DNA of 40,000 nt from assembly GCA_963779155.1 (NCBI GenBank), contig CAVZXE010000015.1:602744-642743 (forward strand), read 5' to 3'. A program made the position numbers and the translations under genes. Below the pieces are notes generated by a model, which saw nothing but the letters and a program-made list of their open reading frames with translations, had not been told where the DNA came from and searched no databases. Source of the stretch: an uncultured bacterium. GTDB lineage: Bacteria > Pseudomonadota > Gammaproteobacteria > Burkholderiales > Burkholderiaceae_C. Shown in pieces: positions 25,812 to 34,434 of the stretch (position 1 is its first letter; every line of letters begins with the position of its first letter).

Positions 25812-27338
25812 TCACGGCGACGTGGGCGGCACGCGCCAGCGCGGGTGCCCCTTGTAGTTCGACGCGCGGTAGATCTCGACCCGGCGCGTGACTTTGCCGA
25901 ACGCGCGGGCCTCGACCACGTCCACCAGTTCGACCGAGTCGAAGTATGCCTTCAGGCGCGCGAGGTCCAGGTCGCCCTGGTCCTGGTCCGACAGCACCAG
26001 GATGCCCGTGTCACCACGCAGGTCGCGCTCGAGCGGGAAGTAGTCGAACTGCAGCGCCTTCTCGCCGAAGATGTCTTGCGCAAAGGTGCGCGGCTGCCCG
26101 GGCAGGTAGTAGCGGATCAGCGAGCTGATCTTGTAGTTCGGCGAGAAGACGAAGGTCTGCTTGCCCTCGGCGCGCACCGCGGCCTCGGCCTGCGCAACGC
26201 GTGCCGCGGCCTCCTGCCAGCCGCTCCAGCTGTTCAGGTTGCCGGCGATCGGCAGGTTGGGGATGGCCACCAGGGTGCCTGCCGCGAGCAGGATCGCCGC
26301 CGAAGAGGCCAGGCCCCGCACCAGGCGCCGCGTGCCGTTGGCGTGTGCGAGCACGTGCTGCACGCCCAGGATCATCAGCGACCAGTACGCCGGTGCCAGC
26401 CAGTTGAGCTTGACGATCGAGCGAAAGCTGATCACGGTGAACAGCGCGATCGGCACGGCGCCGCTGAGCAGCAACAGCCGCGCGCGGTCGTCGAGCTTGC
26501 CCGTGAAGCCGTCGCGCGCGCCGCGCAGCAGCGCGGCGATCGCAAGCACGAACAGGTAGGGCGTGAGCAGCAGGAACTGCGTCGCAACCAGCATCAGGAA
26601 GTAACGCGGCTTGAAGCCGCCCATCTCGCCGACGCGGCGGCTGCTCTGGAAGGCGAGCGAGACCCACTCGTGCTGTGCGTTCCAGATCAGCACCGGAGAG
26701 AAGACGGCGGCGGCGAGCAAGGCCGCCAGGTAGGGCTGCGGCTTGAGCAGCCAGTGGCGTTGCTGGGAGGACGTCAGCAGGTACAGGAAGATGACCGGCA
26801 GCAGCAGGACGCCCGAGTACTTGCCGAGCCAGGACAGGCCGACGAACGCGCCGACGGCAAACCACCAGCGCCCGTCGCCGCCACGACTCAGGCGCCAGGT
26901 GGCCCAGATCGCCCCCGTCCAGGCGAAGATCAAGGGCGCATCGGGCGTCGGGCCGACGCCGAAGGCCTCGTACATGACGCTCAGGTTCAGCGCCGCCAGG
27001 GTCCAGAAGGCGAGCCGGCGGTCGGCGTACATGTCGAGGATCAGCCGGGCCCAGAGCAGGTTCCAGCCGAGCGACCAGAGCACCGAGGCGGCCTTGATGC
27101 CGAATACCGTCGTGCCGAACACGGCCGTGGTCAGGGCGACGCTGTAGGTCGCGAGCGGAGGATGGTCGAAGAACGACCAGTCCAGGTGCCGGCTCCAGCT
27201 CCAGTAGTAGGCCTCCTGCGGCAGCAGCGGCACTGCGGCCGCGAGCAGCAGCCGCAGCAGCGTGAACCCGGCGATGAGCAGGGCTATCGAGTGGCGACGG
27301 TCGGGGATCGACTGCCAGCGGCTGTCCGGAGATGACAT
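25812..27338 (-). CDS. GT39/GT83-type (ArnT/PMT-like) membrane glycosyltransferase
   Basis: The start is the ATG at 27338 (MSSPDSRWQ...). QEAYYWSWSRHLDWSFFDHPPLATY contains the periplasmic-loop acidic motif. There are more than 10 TM segments. The first 90 codons of track ORF 25812..27608 are Arg/Ala-rich non-coding. Confidence 0.85.
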   Translation of the reverse strand: MSSPDSRWQSIPDRRHSIALLIAGFTLLRLLLAAAVPLLPQEAYYWSWSRHLDWSFFDHPPLATYSVALTTAVFGTTVFGIKAASVLWSLGWNLLWARLILDMYADRRLAFWTLAALNLSVMYEAFGVGPTPDAPLIFAWTGAIWATWRLSRGGDGRWWFAVGAFVGLSWLGKYSGVLLLPVIFLYLLTSSQQRHWLLKPQPYLAALLAAAVFSPVLIWNAQHEWVSLAFQSSRRVGEMGGFKPRYFLMLVATQFLLLTPYLFVLAIAALLRGARDGFTGKLDDRARLLLLSGAVPIALFTVISFRSIVKLNWLAPAYWSLMILGVQHVLAHANGTRRLVRGLASSAAILLAAGTLVAIPNLPIAGNLNSWSGWQEAAARVAQAEAAVRAEGKQTFVFSPNYKISSLIRYYLPGQPRTFAQDIFGEKALQFDYFPLERDLRGDTGILVLSDQDQGDLDLARLKAYFDSVELVDVVEARAFGKVTRRVEIYRASNYKGHPRWRVPPTSP

Positions 27339-27549
27339 GGATCGGTTGTTCGGGCAGGGATTGCGTTGCGCCGGGGCCGCGCCAAGGTGGCAGCGCGCAA
27401 AGGCGGTGCCCATGGCGATGAACGACCCGACGCCCGTTCGGCGAGGATTGTCCCACCGCCGCGCGGCGCACCGGGCCCGGGGCAGGGCGCCAGCGGATAA
27501 TGCCCGGCGCCGCGGCCCGCGTCGCTTTGGTGGCCGCGAGCCGCACCCG

Positions 27550-28377
27550 ATGACCGACCGAACCGACGAATCGCTCGTCGCAGCCGCCGTGGCTGCGCTG
27601 GCGGCCACCGATCAACGCACCGTATTGGTCGAGCATGGCGGCGAGCGCTATGTCGCCAAGCGCAGGGCCGACCGTCCGCGCCGGCGTTCGCAGGCGCTCT
27701 TCTTGCGCTGGCTGGTCAAGCGGGTGACCGGCGAGTCGCTCCCGATGCGAACGCTGCTGCTCTCGGAAGCGGCGTCCGGCGTGAACTACGAAGCGCGTCG
27801 GCTCGAGGCGCTGGCGCTCGCCGGCGTGCGCGTGCCACGGGTCGTTCACCTGGGCGCCGGGTACCTGTTGCTCGAGCACTGCGGAGCGACCGTCGCGAGC
27901 CTGCTGGAGGACTGGCCGGCCGACCGGCTCCGGCATGAACTTCTCGGTCTGGCGCGGGAACTGGGCACCTTCCACGGCGCCGGGCAATGGCACGGCGCGG
28001 CGCAGATCAAGAACCTGACGCGCAATAACGGCCAGACCTACCGCATCGATTTCGAGGAAGACTTCGGTGAAGGCGTGCCGCTGCCGGCAGCCCAGGCGCT
28101 CGACCTGGTGCTCTTCCTGAACTCGGTCTCGCTCGCCGGGCCGATCGACGAGGCCGAAGCCCGCTCGCTCCTGCCCCAGCTTCTGGGCGCGTACTTTGCG
28201 GCGAACCCCGATCCGCGCGTGCGGGCGGCGCTGACGCGCGCGCTGCCCTGGGTTGCCGGGCTGGCTCGCCTGGTGTTGCCGCTGCGGGGGCTCGGCACGA
28301 AGGGCCGCCCGCGCAAGGGCCTCGCCCGGCTGGCCCTGCTCGTCGAGGCCCTGACCGCCTTCCTGCGCGGCGATTGA
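27550..28377 (+). CDS. Protein-kinase-fold protein (Kdo/LPS-kinase, RIO/InaA-like), possibly catalytically inactive
   Basis: The start is the ATG at 27550 (MTDRTDE). ERYVAKRR is a VAIK-like Lys, YEARRLEAL an alphaC Glu, GQWHGAAQIKNL the catalytic-loop position, and YRIDFEEDFG is DFG-like. The family call is by eye. Confidence 0.5.
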   Translation: MTDRTDESLVAAAVAALAATDQRTVLVEHGGERYVAKRRADRPRRRSQALFLRWLVKRVTGESLPMRTLLLSEAASGVNYEARRLEALALAGVRVPRVVHLGAGYLLLEHCGATVASLLEDWPADRLRHELLGLARELGTFHGAGQWHGAAQIKNLTRNNGQTYRIDFEEDFGEGVPLPAAQALDLVLFLNSVSLAGPIDEAEARSLLPQLLGAYFAANPDPRVRAALTRALPWVAGLARLVLPLRGLGTKGRPRKGLARLALLVEALTAFLRGD

Positions 28378-28380
28378 CCC

Positions 28381-29337
28381 TCACGGCTCGGGCGCCGCCG
28401 CGGCGTCGCGTCCCGGTCCGGCGAACTCGCAGAAGCGCGCGATGATGAGCTCGCGCAGCCAGCGCTGCGCCGGATCGTTGCGGTAGCGGCGGCACCAGTG
28501 CAGCGCCACGGTGAAGCCGGGCTGCTCGAAGTCGGGCTCGATGATGCGAAACGGCCCCCGCCGCGCAAAGCCCAGCGCGGTGCGGTGCGGCAGGATCACG
28601 GCCAGATCGGTCTCGCTGACGATGCTGGGGATCACCATGAAGTGCGGGATCGAGAGGTGGACGTTGTCCTGCAGGCCCAGCCGTTCAAGCAGCCGCGCGG
28701 TCTGCGAGTGCAGGCGCACCAGGATGTAGTCGAGCTGGCGCAGGCCCTCGTGCGTGGTCGCCACGTCGGCCAGCGGGTGGTCGGCGCGCAGCAGCGCGAC
28801 GTAGCGTTCGTTCAGCAAGGCCTGCTGTTCGGTGCCGTCGACGCCGGGCAGGTAGCCGAGCGCCAGGTCGAGCCGGCCGGTTTCGAGCGCGCCTTCGATC
28901 TGGCCGACTTCGAGCTGGTGGGTCTCGATACGCACGCCCGGCGCGACGCGCCGCACGGCATGCATCAGGCCGGGCAGGAACACGCCTTCGGCGATGTCGC
29001 TCATGTGCAGCCGAAACGTCCGCTGCGAGCGCGCGGGGTCGAACACCTCCGCCTCCAGCAGCGCCTGCTCGAGCAGGTGCAGCGCCTGCTGCACGTTCTG
29101 GCCCAACTGCTCGGCCCGTGGCGTCGGGCGCATGCCGGCGCCGCTGCGAACGAACAGCGGATCCTTCAGCAGCAGACGCAGGCGCGTCAGCCCATGACTC
29201 ACCGCCGGCTGCGACAGGCCCAGCCGCTCGGCCGCACGGCTCACGTTGCGCTGGCTGTGCACCGCGTCGAAGATGCGCAGCAGGTTCAGGTCGAGGTCGG
29301 TGATATGCACGCCGTCAATAGTACTTAGATCGTTCAT
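28381..29337 (-). CDS. LysR-family transcriptional regulator
   Basis: 318 aa from the ATG at 29337. The HTH is LNLLRIFDAVHSQRNVSRAAERLGLSQPAVSHGLTRLR. It is divergent from iorA. The remainder of the 1061-aa track ORF is antisense to iorA. Confidence 0.9.
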   Translation of the reverse strand: MNDLSTIDGVHITDLDLNLLRIFDAVHSQRNVSRAAERLGLSQPAVSHGLTRLRLLLKDPLFVRSGAGMRPTPRAEQLGQNVQQALHLLEQALLEAEVFDPARSQRTFRLHMSDIAEGVFLPGLMHAVRRVAPGVRIETHQLEVGQIEGALETGRLDLALGYLPGVDGTEQQALLNERYVALLRADHPLADVATTHEGLRQLDYILVRLHSQTARLLERLGLQDNVHLSIPHFMVIPSIVSETDLAVILPHRTALGFARRGPFRIIEPDFEQPGFTVALHWCRRYRNDPAQRWLRELIIARFCEFAGPGRDAAAAPEP

Positions 29338-29394
29338 CGCCTCGCCGGCCAGCCCATCGCTGCCTAAAGTCCGCCTCACGACAAGCGCCCTGCC

Positions 29395-31575
29395 ATGAGC
29401 TGGCGCGACGGGAGACAGGCCTTGGAAGTGTCCTTCAGCAAGGAAGTGGAGTTGCTGCGCCTCGGCCAGGGGCAGACATTCCATGGCGAAGGCATCCTCG
29501 CCATCACCAAGGCGCTGCTGCAGTCGGGCGTGGCCTACGTCGGCGGCTACCAGGGCGCGCCGGTGTCGCACCTGCTCGACGTGATGGTGCAGGCCCGGCC
29601 CTACCTCGACGAGCTCGGCGTGCACGTCGAGGCCTGCTCGAACGAGGCCTCGGCGGCGGCGATGCTCGGCGCGTCTATCCACTACCCGCTGCGCGGCGCG
29701 GTGACGTGGAAGTCGATCGTCGGCACCAACGTCGCCGCCGACGCGCTGTCGAACCTGTCGTCGCCTGGCGTCAAGGGCGGCGCGCTGATCGTCGTTGGCG
29801 AGGACTACGGCGAAGGCGCGAGCGTGATCCAGGAGCGCACCCATGCCTACGCGCTGAAGTCGACACTGCTGATGCTCGACCCGCGGCCGGACCTGCCGGC
29901 GATGGTGCGCATGGTCGAGCACGGCTTCGCACTGTCCGAGGCGTCGAACATGCCGGCGATCCTGGAGCTGCGCATCAGGGCCTGCCACGTGCGCGGACAC
30001 TTCGTGTGCAAGGACAACGTCGCACCCGCGGTGTCGACGAAACACCTGATGCGCGAGCCGGCGGCGTTCGACTACACCCGCTTGTCGCACCCGCCGGTCA
30101 CCTTTGCGCAGGAGAAGCTGAAGGTCAACGAGCGCATCCCGGCCGCGCGCCGCTACATCGCCGAGCACGCGCTCAACGAGCACTTTGCCGGACGGCGTGA
30201 CGACGTGGGGCTGATCGTGCAGGGCGGTCTCTACAACGCGCTGGTGCGCGCGCTGCAGCAGCTCGGCCTGGCCGACGCGTTCGGCGAGAGCGAGCTGCCG
30301 CTGCTCGTGCTCAACGTGACCTTCCCACTGGTGCCCGAGGAAATCTCGCGCTTCTGCCTCGGCAAGCGCGCCGTGCTGGTGGTCGAGGAGGGCACGCCCG
30401 AGTACATCGAGCAGGAGATCCTGGCCACGCTGCGGCGCCTGGACCTTCAGACGCTGATCCACGGCAAGGATCTGCTGCCGCCGGCCGGCGAGTACACGGT
30501 CGAGGTGCTGGCCACCGGCCTCGCCGCGTTCTGCGAGCGCCATCTGCCAAGTGTCGACATCGCCGCCGGAAGGGCCTGGCTGGCCGGCAACGTCGCGCGT
30601 CGGCAGGCGGTCGCAGCGAGCCTCGCCGAGCCGCTGCCGGCGCGGCCACCGCAGTTCTGCATCGGCTGCCCCGAGCGGCCCGTGTTCGCCGCGCTGACAC
30701 TGGCGCAGCAGGACGTCGGGCCGGTGCACATCGCGGGCGACATCGGCTGCCACGCGTTCGCGACCTTCGAGCCGTTCTCGTTCGGCCACTCGATCCTCGG
30801 CTACGGCATGAGCCTGGCCAGCCGCGCCGGCGTCTCGCCGATGATGCAGCGGCGCGTGCTGTCGGTGATGGGCGACGGCGGCTTCTGGCACAACGGGCTG
30901 CTCACGGGCGTGCAGTCGGCGCTGTTCAACGGCGACGACGCCGTGCTCGTGATCATGAAGAACGGCTACACCTCGGCCACCGGCACGCAGGAGATCATCT
31001 CGACGCCGGACGCGGACGCGAGGCACATCGCCGAGGACAAGCACCAAAGCCTCGTCCACCGCAACCAGACGATCGAGAAGACGCTCACCGGCCTGGGCGT
31101 GCAGTGGATGCGCAGCGTCCACACCTACGACGTGGCGAAGATGCGCAAGACCTTCGACGAGGCCTTCACGACGCCGTTTGCGGGGCTGAAGGTCATCATC
31201 GCCGAGGGCGAGTGCCAGCTCGAGCGCCAGCGCCGCATCAAGCCGTGGAACGCAGGGCGGCTGCAGCGCGGCGAGCGCGTCGTGCGCGTGAAATACGGCG
31301 TCGACGAGGACGTGTGCAACGGCGACCATGCCTGCATCCGCCTCTCGGGCTGCCCGACGCTGACGCTGAAGGACAACCCGGATCCGCTCAAGCTCGACCC
31401 GGTCGCGACCGTCATCGACGGCTGCGTTGGCTGCGGCCTGTGCGGCGAGAACGCACATGCGGCGACGCTGTGCCCGAGTTTTTATCGCGCCGAGATCGTG
31501 CGCAACCCGAGGTGGCACGAGCGGGCGCTCGACCGGATGCGCCGCTCGGTGATCGGTCTGCTGCAACCGGCATGA
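29395..31575 (+). CDS. iorA: Indolepyruvate/arylpyruvate ferredoxin oxidoreductase, alpha subunit
   Basis: EGILAITKALLQSGVAYVGGYQGAPVSH. The TPP site is GDIGCH...MGDGGFWHNG. The C-terminal ferredoxin-like Cys clusters are CNGDHACIRLSGCP and CVGCGLCGENAHAATLCP. Confidence 0.85.
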   Translation: MSWRDGRQALEVSFSKEVELLRLGQGQTFHGEGILAITKALLQSGVAYVGGYQGAPVSHLLDVMVQARPYLDELGVHVEACSNEASAAAMLGASIHYPLRGAVTWKSIVGTNVAADALSNLSSPGVKGGALIVVGEDYGEGASVIQERTHAYALKSTLLMLDPRPDLPAMVRMVEHGFALSEASNMPAILELRIRACHVRGHFVCKDNVAPAVSTKHLMREPAAFDYTRLSHPPVTFAQEKLKVNERIPAARRYIAEHALNEHFAGRRDDVGLIVQGGLYNALVRALQQLGLADAFGESELPLLVLNVTFPLVPEEISRFCLGKRAVLVVEEGTPEYIEQEILATLRRLDLQTLIHGKDLLPPAGEYTVEVLATGLAAFCERHLPSVDIAAGRAWLAGNVARRQAVAASLAEPLPARPPQFCIGCPERPVFAALTLAQQDVGPVHIAGDIGCHAFATFEPFSFGHSILGYGMSLASRAGVSPMMQRRVLSVMGDGGFWHNGLLTGVQSALFNGDDAVLVIMKNGYTSATGTQEIISTPDADARHIAEDKHQSLVHRNQTIEKTLTGLGVQWMRSVHTYDVAKMRKTFDEAFTTPFAGLKVIIAEGECQLERQRRIKPWNAGRLQRGERVVRVKYGVDEDVCNGDHACIRLSGCPTLTLKDNPDPLKLDPVATVIDGCVGCGLCGENAHAATLCPSFYRAEIVRNPRWHERALDRMRRSVIGLLQPA

Positions 31576-33206
31576 CGAGCGCGCCCATGACCCCTGCCGC
31601 GCCGCGACCGATCACGCTGCTCGTCTGCGCGCTCGGCGGCGAGGGTGGCGGCGTGCTCGCCGAATGGCTGGTCGAGACGGCCGTGCTGTGCGGCCACAGC
31701 GCGCAGAGCAGCTCGATCCCCGGTGTCGCGCAGCGCACCGGCGCGACGACCTACTACGTCGAAGTCTTCCCGTTGCCCGACAGCGCGCCTGCCGGCAGGC
31801 GCCCGGTGTTCGGCCTGAGCCCGGTGCCCGGCGCGCTGGATGCGCTGGTGTCTTCCGAGCTGCTGGAGACGGTGCGCCAGATCGGCCACGGCATGGCGTC
31901 GGCCGAACGCACCTTTGTCATCGCATCGACCCACCGCACGCTGACGACGGCCGAGAAGATGCAGCTCGGCGACGGGCGGGCGCCGTCCGACGCGCTGTTG
32001 AAGGTCGTCCGCGCGCACAGCCGCGAGGCCCGGCTGCTCGACATGGCCGCGATGGCCGCGCAGGCCGGCACGGTGACGAGCGCGGTGCTGTTCGGCGCCA
32101 TCGCCGGTAGCGGCGTGCTGCCGTTCCCGCGCGACGCGTTCGAGCGCGTGATCCGCAGCGGCGGCAAGGGCGTCGAACCCAGCCTGCGCGGGTTTGCCGC
32201 CGCGTTCGATTCGGTGGATGCCGGTCGGGCGGATCACGGCGCTGTGCCCGCTGCGGCTGGCGGTGCTGCAGACCGCAGCGCGAACCCGGGTGCGCACTTG
32301 CCACCCGCCGTGGCCGCAGACTTTCCGGTGCCGACACACGACATGCTGTCGCTCGGCCATGCGCGACTGCTCGACTACCAGGGCGCGGACTACGCGGCGT
32401 TGTACGTCGAGCGCCTGCGCCGCGTGCTGCAGGTCGAGCGCGACGCCGACCCGGCGGCTGAACATGCCTTTGCCACCACGCGCGAGACGGCGCGCCATCT
32501 CGCGCTGTGGATGGCGTTCGACGACATCGTCCGCGTCGCCGACCTGAAGACGCGCGCCAGCCGCGTCCAGCGTGTGCGCGCCGAGGTCAATGCCGGCGAC
32601 GACGAGTTGCTGCGCGTCTACGAGCACTTCAAGCCCGGTGTCGCCGAACTCGCCGCGCTGCTGCCGGCCGGATGGGCGGCTGCGCTGACGCGCTGGGACC
32701 GCGCGCGCCAGCAGACCGGCAAGGCGCCGCTCGCGCTGCCCTTGAAGATTGGCACGCACACGGTGGCCGGCTTCGCGATGCTGCGCACGCTGGCCAGCCT
32801 GAAGGGGCTGCGCCGGCGCGGCGAGCGCTTCGCGACCGAACAGGTGCTCATCGAGCGCTGGCTCGACGCGGTGCAACAGGGCCTGCGCATGGACTGGCGC
32901 GTCGGCCACGAGATCGCCGAGTGCGGCCGCCTGATCAAGGGCTACGGCTCGACCAACGAGCGCGGAAAGGACCGCCTGCTGCACGTGATCGACCACCTGG
33001 CGCTTGCGGCGCCGTTCGACTCGCCACAGGCGCGTGCAGAGGCAATCCGCGCCGCGCGCGCCGCGGCGCTGGCCGACGACACCGGCAAGGCGTTCGACCA
33101 GACGCTGCTGCGCCACGGCGCGCCGGCGCGCGGCGTGGTGGCGCAGCCGATCCGCTGGGTCCGGCGCCAGCCCGGGCGCAAGGCGCTGCCGCAGGGAGAA
33201 CCCTGA
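31572..33206 (+). CDS. iorB: Indolepyruvate ferredoxin oxidoreductase, beta subunit
   Basis: The ATG at 31572 overlaps the iorA stop (ATGA). ITLLVCALGGEGGGVLAEWLVE...IPGVAQRTGATTYYVE is an oxidoreductase gamma-like domain. Confidence 0.8.
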   Translation: MTSAPMTPAAPRPITLLVCALGGEGGGVLAEWLVETAVLCGHSAQSSSIPGVAQRTGATTYYVEVFPLPDSAPAGRRPVFGLSPVPGALDALVSSELLETVRQIGHGMASAERTFVIASTHRTLTTAEKMQLGDGRAPSDALLKVVRAHSREARLLDMAAMAAQAGTVTSAVLFGAIAGSGVLPFPRDAFERVIRSGGKGVEPSLRGFAAAFDSVDAGRADHGAVPAAAGGAADRSANPGAHLPPAVAADFPVPTHDMLSLGHARLLDYQGADYAALYVERLRRVLQVERDADPAAEHAFATTRETARHLALWMAFDDIVRVADLKTRASRVQRVRAEVNAGDDELLRVYEHFKPGVAELAALLPAGWAAALTRWDRARQQTGKAPLALPLKIGTHTVAGFAMLRTLASLKGLRRRGERFATEQVLIERWLDAVQQGLRMDWRVGHEIAECGRLIKGYGSTNERGKDRLLHVIDHLALAAPFDSPQARAEAIRAARAAALADDTGKAFDQTLLRHGAPARGVVAQPIRWVRRQPGRKALPQGEP

Positions 33207-33324
33207 TGAGCCTTGCGCCCCGCCGCCGCGCCGCCAGAATACGCACCACTTCGCGCGGGCCGCCGTGACGAAGCGTGCTTGCGAGACTTCGACCACAACC
33301 ACGACCCAAGAAGGAGACAAGACC

Positions 33325-34353
33325 ATGAAGACCCTCAAGCTCGCCACTGTCGCAGCGCTGATGCTGGCCGCTTCGGCCGCGCAGGCGCAGCAGATCCTGC
33401 TCAAGGTGCACCACTTCCTGCCCAGCACGTCGAATGCGCAGGTCAACCTGATCCAGCCTTGGTGCGACAAGATCGCCAAGGACTCGAACGACCGGCTGAA
33501 GTGCCAGATCTACCCCGCGATGCAGCTTGGCGGCACGCCGCCGCAACTGTTCGACCAGGCGCGCGACGGCGTGGCCGACCTGGTGTGGACGGTGCCGACG
33601 TACTCGGCCGGGCGCTTCTCGAAGTCGGAGGTGTTCGAGCTGCCGTTCATGGCGCACACGGCGGCGGGCGGCAGCCAGGCGCTGTGGGCCTACGTGCAGA
33701 AGAACGCGCTCGACGAGTTCAAGGGCACGCACCTGATCTTCATGCACGTGCACGACGGGGCGCTGCTGCACTCGACAAACAAGGAAGTGAAGTCGCTCGA
33801 CGACCTGAAGGGCATGAAGATCCGCGCCGCGACGCGCATCAACTCGCGCATGCTCACCGCGCTCGGTGCGACACCGGTGCAGATGCCGCTGCCGCAGGTG
33901 CCCGAGGCGCTGTCCAAGGGCGTGATCGACGCCGCGATGGTGCCCTGGGAAGGCGTGCCGTCGATCAAGCTGCAGGAGATCGCCAAGTATCACCTCGACG
34001 TGCCGCAGGGCGCGCAGCGCATCGCCAACACGATCTTCGCGTTCGCGATGAACCAGGCCAAGTACGACAGCCTGCCGCCCGAGCTCAAGAAGGTGATCGA
34101 CGCCAACAGCGGCCTGGCCGTGTCGGGCGAGGTCGGCGCCAAGTCCTTCGACGCCGTGGTCGAGCCCTTCCGCAAGCTGGCCAAGGACCGCGGCAACACG
34201 ATCTCGTTCATGAGCCAGGCCGAGATGCAGCGCTGGATCAAGGCCAGCGACAGCGTGGACGACGACTGGGTGAAGGAAGTCACGGCCAAGGGCGCCGACG
34301 GCAAGAAGCTGCTCGAGGAAGCGCGCGCGTTGATCAAGCAGTACGACAAGTAG
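33325..34353 (+). CDS. TRAP transporter substrate-binding protein (DctP family), orphan
   Basis: AAGGAG at 33311-33316. The signal peptide is MKTLKLATVAALMLAASAAQAQ. Family-typical segments include GTPPQLFDQARDGVADL and VPWEG. No dctQ or dctM lies adjacent. Confidence 0.8.
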   Translation: MKTLKLATVAALMLAASAAQAQQILLKVHHFLPSTSNAQVNLIQPWCDKIAKDSNDRLKCQIYPAMQLGGTPPQLFDQARDGVADLVWTVPTYSAGRFSKSEVFELPFMAHTAAGGSQALWAYVQKNALDEFKGTHLIFMHVHDGALLHSTNKEVKSLDDLKGMKIRAATRINSRMLTALGATPVQMPLPQVPEALSKGVIDAAMVPWEGVPSIKLQEIAKYHLDVPQGAQRIANTIFAFAMNQAKYDSLPPELKKVIDANSGLAVSGEVGAKSFDAVVEPFRKLAKDRGNTISFMSQAEMQRWIKASDSVDDDWVKEVTAKGADGKKLLEEARALIKQYDK

Positions 34354-34361
34354 CTGCGGGC

Positions 34362-34387
34362 GCAGGCGCGCCCTGCGGCGCGCCTGC
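34362..34387 (+). terminator. GC-rich hairpin after the TRAP binding-protein gene
   Basis: GCAGGCGCGCC-ctgc-GGCGCGCCTGC, a perfect 11-bp stem 9 nt after the stop codon. No U-tract follows. Confidence 0.4.
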
Positions 34388-34434
34388 ATGCGATCATCGG
34401 CGCGGTTTCACTGCCCCTTGCCGAAGCAACGCCG

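Noticed and set aside
25218-27993. ORFs 25218..27335 (+) and 26011..27993 (-)
   Set aside because: These are wrong strand or frame relative to the GT2 and GT39 genes. Their composition is highly biased.
29338-31566. The N-terminal 743 residues of the 1061-aa ORF 28381..31566 (-)
   Set aside because: Only the last 318 codons (LysR) are coding. The remainder is antisense to iorA.
31482-34389. Minus-strand ORFs 31482..33479 and 32935..34389
   Set aside because: They are antisense to iorB and the DctP gene and carry no motifs.
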